Of a stretch of 64,000 nt of DNA, positions 57,418 to 64,000 are shown piece after piece. The first letter of the stretch is position 1, and each line of letters starts with the position of its first letter. The position numbers were made by a program, and so were the translations under genes. Below the pieces are notes generated by a model. It saw only the letters and a program-made list of their open reading frames with translations, was not told the origin of the DNA and searched no databases. This DNA comes from an uncultured Erysipelotrichaceae bacterium (lineage in GTDB: Bacteria; Bacillota_I; Bacilli_A; Erysipelotrichales; Coprobacillaceae): positions 8,024-72,023 of the forward strand of contig CATZMX010000001.1 of assembly GCA_958421935.1 (NCBI GenBank), read 5' to 3'.

Positions 57418-59511
57418 ATGAAAAAGCTAGGAGAAGCAATTGGTAAATTTGTTGTAAAACATAGAATACTAATTGTTATTGCATCAATTCTTCTATGTAT
57501 TCCATCATTATTTGGATACATCAATACAGATATCAATTACGATATTCTTGTTTATTTACCAGAAGATATTGATACAATGAAAGGACAAGATATATTAGCT
57601 AAGGATTTTGATATGGGATCTTTTGCAATGTGTGTTGTCGAAAATATGTCATCAAAAGATGTCTTAGATTTAGAAGAAAAATATAAAGATATTGAGGGAG
57701 TTGTCAAAGTTGTATCAGCCAATGATATGATTGGAACAACGATTCCTAAAGAAATGTTACCAAGTGATGTAACAAAACAGTTTAAAAAAGGTAATAGTGA
57801 ATTGATGTTGGTTACTTTTAAAGATAGTACAGTAGCCATTGATGCAATTACGCAAATGAGAGAAATCACCAGTGATGAAGTTGTTCGAATTGGTGGAATG
57901 TCAGCTTCTACTTTAGATACAAGTATTGTTGCTGATAGTGAAATTATTACTTATGTTATTGTTGCTGTTATTTTAGTTTTAATTGTTTTAATGGCATCGT
58001 TAGATAGTTATGTTGTTCCATTTCTATTATTAGGAAACATCGGACTCGCAATTCTTTATAATATGGGATCTAATATTTTCTTAGGTCAAATTTCATATAT
58101 TACAAAAGCCATTGCTGCTGTTTTACAATTAGGAGTTACAACAGACTTTTCAATTTTCTTATATCATAAATATGAACAAGCTAAATTGAAAGTAAAGACA
58201 AATGATGAAGCTATGACATTAGCCATTGGTGATACACTTGTTTCTATTGCAGGAAGCTCACTTACAACTATTGCTGGATTTTTAGCGTTATGTACAATGC
58301 AATTAACATTAGGTTCAGATATTGGTATTGTAATGGCAAAAGGTGTCTTTATTGGGGTTCTTTCAACAGTTACAATTTTCCCAGCATTTTTATTAGTATT
58401 TGATAAACTTGTCTTTAAGACAAAACATAAACCAATTATTCCATCATTTAATGTTGTTAAAAATTTTGTTGTTAAACATTATAAAATTATTTTATTAGTC
58501 GCATTAATTGTTGCTTATCCAGCTTATTATGGAAATGCACATGTTAAAAGCTATTACAATTTAACAAAAGATTTACCACAAGATTTAAAAAGTTGTGTTG
58601 CTAATAGTGAATTAAGTGATGAATTTGATTTAGTTGCTTCACAAGTTATTTTAGTAAATAAAGATATTAAAGATAATGATTTAAATAAAATGGTTGATGA
58701 AATAGAAAATGTTGAATCTGTTAATCTTGTTTTATCACCATCAGAGTTATCAAATCTAGCAATTCCTGATGAAATGATCCCGGATGATGTAAAAGATATC
58801 TTTGAAAGTGATCGTTATAAAATGATATTTGTCAATTCTACTGAAGAGATTGCAACCAATAAATTAAATAAAGTGATTGATAAAATTGATCATATTATCA
58901 AAAAGTATGATAAAAATGCTATAATGGCAGGGGAAGGTCCATGCATGAAGGATTTGGTTAATATAGCAGATGAAGACTTTAAGAATGTAAGTATTGCATC
59001 TATTGGAATTATCTTTGTCATTATGTTATTTGTTTTAAAATCGGTTTCACTTCCAGTATTGTTAGTTTCTGGAATTGAACTTGCTATCTTTATCAATATG
59101 GCAATCAGCTATTATACATGTGATGTTTTACCATTTGTTGCCTCTATTGTTATTGGAACAATTCAACTTGGAGCAACAATTGATTATGCTATTTTACTTA
59201 CAACAAAATATTTGGAAAATAGAAAAAATGGTATTGATAAGATTAAAGCAATGGATAATGCAATTAGTAATTCTGCAGGTTCAATCTTTGTTTCTGGAAT
59301 GTCATTCTTTGCAGCAACATTTGGAGTAGGAATGATTTCTAAATTGAATATGATTGGATCATTATGTAATTTAATGTCAAGAGGAGCACTTATTTCAATG
59401 TTTATTGTTATTTGTGTTATTCCAGCAATCTTACTTGTATTTGATAAAGTTATTATTCATACTTCTATCGGTTTTAAACAATTAAAAAATAATGTAAAAG
59501 GGGAATGTTAA
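57418..59511 (+). CDS. MMPL-family (RND-superfamily) membrane transporter
   Basis: 697 aa. Two blocks of 5-6 TM helices, each following a large extracytoplasmic loop, the typical MMPL topology. N-terminus KHRILIVIASILLCIPSLFGYINTDINYDILVYLPED. Confidence 0.75.
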   Translation: MKKLGEAIGKFVVKHRILIVIASILLCIPSLFGYINTDINYDILVYLPEDIDTMKGQDILAKDFDMGSFAMCVVENMSSKDVLDLEEKYKDIEGVVKVVSANDMIGTTIPKEMLPSDVTKQFKKGNSELMLVTFKDSTVAIDAITQMREITSDEVVRIGGMSASTLDTSIVADSEIITYVIVAVILVLIVLMASLDSYVVPFLLLGNIGLAILYNMGSNIFLGQISYITKAIAAVLQLGVTTDFSIFLYHKYEQAKLKVKTNDEAMTLAIGDTLVSIAGSSLTTIAGFLALCTMQLTLGSDIGIVMAKGVFIGVLSTVTIFPAFLLVFDKLVFKTKHKPIIPSFNVVKNFVVKHYKIILLVALIVAYPAYYGNAHVKSYYNLTKDLPQDLKSCVANSELSDEFDLVASQVILVNKDIKDNDLNKMVDEIENVESVNLVLSPSELSNLAIPDEMIPDDVKDIFESDRYKMIFVNSTEEIATNKLNKVIDKIDHIIKKYDKNAIMAGEGPCMKDLVNIADEDFKNVSIASIGIIFVIMLFVLKSVSLPVLLVSGIELAIFINMAISYYTCDVLPFVASIVIGTIQLGATIDYAILLTTKYLENRKNGIDKIKAMDNAISNSAGSIFVSGMSFFAATFGVGMISKLNMIGSLCNLMSRGALISMFIVICVIPAILLVFDKVIIHTSIGFKQLKNNVKGEC

Positions 59512-59512
59512 G

Positions 59513-61066
59513 ATGAAAAAAGCAAAATTAATCACTTCTTCAGCAGTTGTAATGACAATGGTCATGAGCTCAATTGTTCCTGCCTTTGCCTATTCAAAAG
59601 AAGAAACAGTTTATAGTAAGTTAAAAACAAATGGTTCAGAAAAAACAACAGTTGTTTCTGAACATCTTATCAATGATCAAAATGAAACATCATTAAAAAA
59701 TATTAAAAATGTTAATGGTAAAGAAACATTTAAACAAGATGGTTCTAGTTTGGTATGGCAAACAACAGATGGACAAGATATTTATTACCAAGGTAAAACA
59801 ACAAATTCATTACCTGTTTCAATGAAAGTAACTTATAAATTGGATGGTAAGAAAACGAAGTTAAAAGATATGCTTGGTAAAAAGGGTAAAGTAGAAATTC
59901 AAATTGATTATACAAATAATGAAAAACAAACTGTTGATGGTAAAGAACTTTATGTTCCTTTTGTCGTTACAACAGGAACAATGTTACCAACAAAAACAAA
60001 TTCTAATATTGAAGTTACAAATGGTAAAGTAATTAGTAATGGTTCTTCTAATATCATTATGGCAATTGCTGCTCCAGGATTATCAAAGAACTATGATAAT
60101 AATAAAGATTTAGAAAAATTAAATTCTGTAACAATTAAATATGATACAACAAAGTTTAAATTAAATAGTTTAATGTCAGTAGCAACACCATCATTATTAT
60201 CTGAAACAGATATTAATTTTGATGATTTAAATGATGTTTATGATAGTGTAGATACATTAAATTCATCATTTGATCAAATTATTGCTGGTGGGCAAACATT
60301 ACAATCAGGCTTAAAACAATATGCTTCTAAATACAGTGAATTTGATCAAGGCGTAGAATCTTTAAAAACAGGTGCAGCTTCTGCTTTTGTAGGATCACAA
60401 AAATTAACAACAGGTATCGAAACACTTTATAATGGATTAATTACTTTAGATGGACAAAGTGCAACATTAGTTGGTGGAGCAAAACAAGTATTTAATACTT
60501 TATTAACAACAACACAAACACAAATTAATAATCAATTGGCTGCTACAGGAATGTCTATTGAATTGACGATTGATAATTATCAAACAGTTTTAAAGGATTT
60601 AATGGCAAAATTACCAGCAGAAAATCAACCATCAATCAAAACAGCTTTAGCACAATTAGATTCATATAACAAATTCTATCAAGGATTACAAAGTTATACA
60701 GGTGGAGTTGCTCAATTAAAAGAAGGAGCTAAGAGTGCTGTTGATGGTTCTAAACAATTAAGTGAAGGATTATCTTCATTAAGTGATGGATCTAATACTT
60801 TAGTACAAGCAAGTAGTCAATTAAAAACGGCATCAAATCAATTAGCTCAAGGTAGTGATGCTTTAGTTGATGGTTTAACTTTATTTAAAAGTAAAGGTTT
60901 AGATAAGATTTCTAGTGTTTTAAATGATAAAGTGAAAAAAGATGTAGATACAACACAAAAACTTGTTGATTTAGCTAATGATTATAAAACATTTGCAGAT
61001 AGTAAAGATGGTGTAGAAGCTAAAACTAAATTTATCATGATTATTGATTCAAAATCTAAGAAATAG
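59513..61066 (+). CDS. Secreted repeat protein, YhgE/Pip-like MMPL accessory
   Basis: Signal peptide. C-terminal half holds degenerate repeats (GGQTLQSGLKQY..., LKTGAASAFVGSQKLTTGI..., LKEGAKSAVDGSKQLSEGL..., LVQASSQLKTASNQLAQGSDALVDGL), as in YhgE/Pip proteins that pair with MMPL transporters. Confidence 0.5.
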   Translation: MKKAKLITSSAVVMTMVMSSIVPAFAYSKEETVYSKLKTNGSEKTTVVSEHLINDQNETSLKNIKNVNGKETFKQDGSSLVWQTTDGQDIYYQGKTTNSLPVSMKVTYKLDGKKTKLKDMLGKKGKVEIQIDYTNNEKQTVDGKELYVPFVVTTGTMLPTKTNSNIEVTNGKVISNGSSNIIMAIAAPGLSKNYDNNKDLEKLNSVTIKYDTTKFKLNSLMSVATPSLLSETDINFDDLNDVYDSVDTLNSSFDQIIAGGQTLQSGLKQYASKYSEFDQGVESLKTGAASAFVGSQKLTTGIETLYNGLITLDGQSATLVGGAKQVFNTLLTTTQTQINNQLAATGMSIELTIDNYQTVLKDLMAKLPAENQPSIKTALAQLDSYNKFYQGLQSYTGGVAQLKEGAKSAVDGSKQLSEGLSSLSDGSNTLVQASSQLKTASNQLAQGSDALVDGLTLFKSKGLDKISSVLNDKVKKDVDTTQKLVDLANDYKTFADSKDGVEAKTKFIMIIDSKSKK

Positions 61067-61095
61067 AATTGGGTTTCCAATTCTATTTTTTTACA
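61067..61095 (+). terminator. Rho-independent terminator
   Basis: aattgg-gttt-ccaatt hairpin followed by T8. Confidence 0.7.
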
Positions 61096-61269
61096 AATTA
61101 AGATAAAAGGTTTGAAGATAAAACAATATTTTATTATTATGATAAGTGATTAGAGAAAAATGTTGATTTCATGCGCTTTTTCTTAAGAAAAACACTTTAC
61201 AAATAAAAAAAATAGTATAGAATACTTACCAAGGAGGAAGTAAAAACTGAGGTTTTGAAGTGAGAGAAT

Positions 61270-61641
61270 ATGAAAACAATGATCGAAGTACAATACCAAG
61301 AAAAAAATGTTAAAGATGGTGATTTAGATAAATACGTTAAAGAAACTTTAAAAGAACAAGGTGTAAAAACAACAGAAGTTGAAACTTTAAATATTTATTA
61401 CTTACCTGAAACTGCTAAAGTTTTCTTTGTAGCAATTAAAAAAGATGGTTCTGAATTAAAAGGTGAATTAGATGTTAATGCTATGCCTGAATATCCAGTA
61501 GTTGTTAAAAAACCAGCTGCAAAAAAAGCACCAGCTAAAAAAGCTCCTGTAGCAAAAGCACCAGCTAAAGCTGTAGCTGCTAAAGAAGCTAAACCAGTTG
61601 TTAAAAAAGCAACAACTGCTAAAAAAACTACTAAAAAATAA
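61270..61641 (+). CDS. Hypothetical protein with a histone-H1-like Lys/Ala/Pro-rich C-terminal tail
   Basis: Globular N-terminal domain of about 75 aa, then KKPAAKKAPAKKAPVAKAPAKAVAAKEAKPVVKKATTAKKTTKK. A terminator hairpin follows at 61645-61672. Confidence 0.45.
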   Translation: MKTMIEVQYQEKNVKDGDLDKYVKETLKEQGVKTTEVETLNIYYLPETAKVFFVAIKKDGSELKGELDVNAMPEYPVVVKKPAAKKAPAKKAPVAKAPAKAVAAKEAKPVVKKATTAKKTTKK

Positions 61642-61760
61642 TAGAGGAGAACCGAGAGGTTCTTTTTTTATGCTTTAAATGTATGATAGATAATAGTTAA
61701 TAAGTATTTGAAGATTTGTAGAGACGATTTAAAATATAAGCAAAAGGGGGGGATCATATA

Positions 61761-62630
61761 ATGGAATATGTTACATTAAATAATGGTTTAAAAATGCCAA
61801 TGGTAGGATTTGGTGTCTTTAGAGTACCAGATAAAAAAGAATGCGAAGAGTCAGTATATCAAGCAATTAAAGCAGGATATCGTTTAATTGATACAGCTGC
61901 TGCTTATACAAATGAAGATGCTGTAGGAGCAGCTGTAAAAAGAGCAATTGCTGATGGTCTTTGTACAAGAGAAGATTTATTTATTACTTCTAAATTATGG
62001 GTACAAGATATGATGGATTACGAAAGTGCCCAAAAAGGAATTGAAGCTTCTTTAGAAAAAAGTGGTTTAGAATATTTTGATTTATATTTATTACATCAAG
62101 CTTGTGGTGATTATTTCAGTGCTTGGAGAGCCATGGAAACTGTTTATCAAGAAGGTAAATTAAAAGCAATCGGTGTTTCTAACTTCTATCCAAATATTCT
62201 TACAAACTTCTGTGAAGTTGTTAAAGTAAAACCAACAGTTAACCAAGTAGAACTTCATCCATACTATACACAAGAAAAAGCATTAGAAACAATGAAATAT
62301 TATGATGTTATTCCAGAAGCATGGGCACCACTAGGTGGAGGAAGATATAATCCATTTGAAGATGAAATGTTAAAAGGAATTGCAGCTAAATATAATAAGT
62401 CTGTAGGACAAGTGATTTTAAGATGGAATGTACAAAGAGGAGTTGTTGTTATACCAAAATCAACACATGTAGAAAGAATAAAAGAAAATATAGATATCTT
62501 TGATTTTGAATTAAATGAAGAAGAAATGAAACAAATTTCATCATTAGATATGGGATATTCAGGATCAAGAGCTAAACATTTTGAACCTGATTTTGTAAGA
62601 ATGGTTTTAAATAATAAGATTCATGATTAA
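61761..62630 (+). CDS. Aldo/keto reductase (YvgN-like; close paralog of the 17719 gene)
   Basis: About 85 percent aa identity to the 17719..18588 product. The final 281 nt or so are essentially identical at the DNA level. Confidence 0.85.
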   Translation: MEYVTLNNGLKMPMVGFGVFRVPDKKECEESVYQAIKAGYRLIDTAAAYTNEDAVGAAVKRAIADGLCTREDLFITSKLWVQDMMDYESAQKGIEASLEKSGLEYFDLYLLHQACGDYFSAWRAMETVYQEGKLKAIGVSNFYPNILTNFCEVVKVKPTVNQVELHPYYTQEKALETMKYYDVIPEAWAPLGGGRYNPFEDEMLKGIAAKYNKSVGQVILRWNVQRGVVVIPKSTHVERIKENIDIFDFELNEEEMKQISSLDMGYSGSRAKHFEPDFVRMVLNNKIHD

Positions 62631-62714
62631 TGCACTTATGTGCATTTTTTCATTATTAAAACTAATTTTATCGCTTATATTGACAATAAATTTGAATTAA
62701 GTTAAGATAACGAA

Positions 62715-62968
62715 GTAGAAATAAAGGCAATGAATAGATAAGTAATAATAGCCCTTCATTCAAAGAGAGTCTTGGTTGGTGGAAAAGATAATGAAACTAT
62801 TATGAATAAAGACTAGGAGCTGCATCTTGGATGTTTTGATAAGATGACGTAAGCCACGTTATAGGCAAGACTATTAATAGATAGTTATTGAGGTTAATAG
62901 GGTGACCTATTAATGAATTTGGGTGGTAACACGATTTAGCTCTCGTCCCATGGGATGGAGAGTTTTTT
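62715..62968 (+). promoter_or_regulatory. T-box leader (tRNA-sensing riboswitch) upstream of lysS
   Basis: Conserved T-box sequence AATTTGGGTGGTAACACG at 62915-62932. Terminator ctctcgtccca/tgggatggagag followed by a T-run at 62939-62968 overlaps it, as alternative antiterminator and terminator forms would. Upstream stem-I-like elements are present: AUGA GA-motif, AGAGAG, and GGUUGGUGG. Confidence 0.7.
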
Positions 62969-62985
62969 ATATTTTAGGAGGAAAT

Positions 62986-64000
62986 TATGGAAGAAAGAAA
63001 GTTTAGTGAACAAGAACTTGTTCGTAGAGAAAAAATGCAAGAACTTATTGATAAAGGGATTGATCCTTTTGGTCAAAGATTTGATGTAACTGCTTATTCA
63101 AAAGGTATTAAAGAACAATATGGTGAAAAAACTCATGAAGAATTAGAAGAAATGGCTGTTGAAGTATCTGTAGCTGGTAGAATTATGACTAAACGTCGTA
63201 AAGGTAAAGTATGTTTCATGCATATTCAAGATAGAGATGGACAAATCCAATTATATGTAAGAAAAGATACTATTGGTGAAGATGCTTATGAAATCGTTAA
63301 AAAAGGTGATATTGGAGATATTATTGGGGTTAAAGGTACAGTATTTATGACAAATACTGGAGAATGTTCAATTAAAGTAAGTGAATATACACATTTAACA
63401 AAAGCATTACGTCCTTTACCAGAAAAATTCCATGGTTTAAGTGATATTGAAGAAAGATATAGAAGAAGATATGTTGACTTAATCATGAATGAAGATGCTA
63501 AAAAAATTGCGTTTACAAGACCAAGAATCATCCGTTCAATTCAACATTATTTAGATAGTAAAAACTATGTAGAAGTTGAAACACCTGTATTAAATCCAAT
63601 CTTAGGTGGAGCAGCTGCAAGACCATTCGTTACACATCATAATACATTAGATACTGATTTCTATTTACGTATTGCTACTGAATTATCTTTAAAGAGATTA
63701 ATTGTTGGTGGTATGGATGCTGTTTATGAAATTGGGCGTTTATTCAGAAATGAAGGTATGGATAGAACTCATAACCCTGAATTTACTACTATTGAAGTTT
63801 ATAAAGCATTTAGTGATCTTGAAGGTATGATGGATTTAACTGAAGGTATTATTTCTAATGCTGCTATGGAAGTTAATGGAACTTATGAATTAGATTATAA
63901 AGGACATCATATTTCTTTAGCTCCAGGATTTAAACGTGTTTCTATGACAGAAGCTATTAAAGAAAAAACGGGTATTGATTTCAATGAACATATGTCATTT
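62986..64000 (+). CDS. lysS: Lysyl-tRNA synthetase (class II), 3' end outside the window
   Basis: Translation by eye (not in the track because it is truncated) reads [32 protein letters not shown]... It includes the class II motifs [29 protein letters not shown]. Confidence 0.9.

Overview
This is a roughly 64 kb stretch of a low-GC, AT-rich Firmicutes chromosome. By eye the GC content is about 30 percent, and the gene content and order look like a spore-forming Erysipelotrichia or Clostridia-type genome. The window is a mosaic of housekeeping blocks whose order matches the Bacillus subtilis origin-proximal map, interrupted by three accessory islands.

Housekeeping blocks (B. subtilis-like order):
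- nrdD, then 5.6 kb later nrdG-pssA-psd-parA-parB
- yybS-gdpP-rplI-dnaB(dnaC)-tdk
- prfA-prmC
- spoIIE-tilS-hpt-ftsH-hslO
- dusB
- lysS (runs off the window end)

Accessory islands:
- 5.6-11.0 kb, between nrdD and nrdG
- 25.4-35.9 kb, between tdk and prfA
- 47.2-62.7 kb, between dusB and lysS

Most notable calls:
- A sequence with the hallmark motifs of a class I c-di-GMP (GEMM) riboswitch, with an overlapping terminator hairpin, sits immediately upstream of an 860-aa secreted adhesin-like protein. That protein has a fibro-slime/PA14-like domain, two SHIRT-like repeats and an atypical C-terminal sorting signal.
- An orphan PTS module: two stand-alone EIIB(lactose/cellobiose-type) genes, then a fusion protein of an unknown N-terminal domain, a third EIIB-like domain and a degenerate ROK-like domain, then an RpiR regulator. 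No EIIC or EIIA gene is adjacent.
- A T-box leader upstream of lysS.
- PadR and TetR regulators with clear palindromic operator arrays; the PadR is followed by two tandem DUF2812-like membrane proteins, the TetR is divergent from an MMPL transporter.
- A 281-bp near-identical tract shared by two distant aldo/keto reductase paralogs, consistent with gene conversion.

No rRNA, tRNA, CRISPR array, transposase or integrase was recognised.
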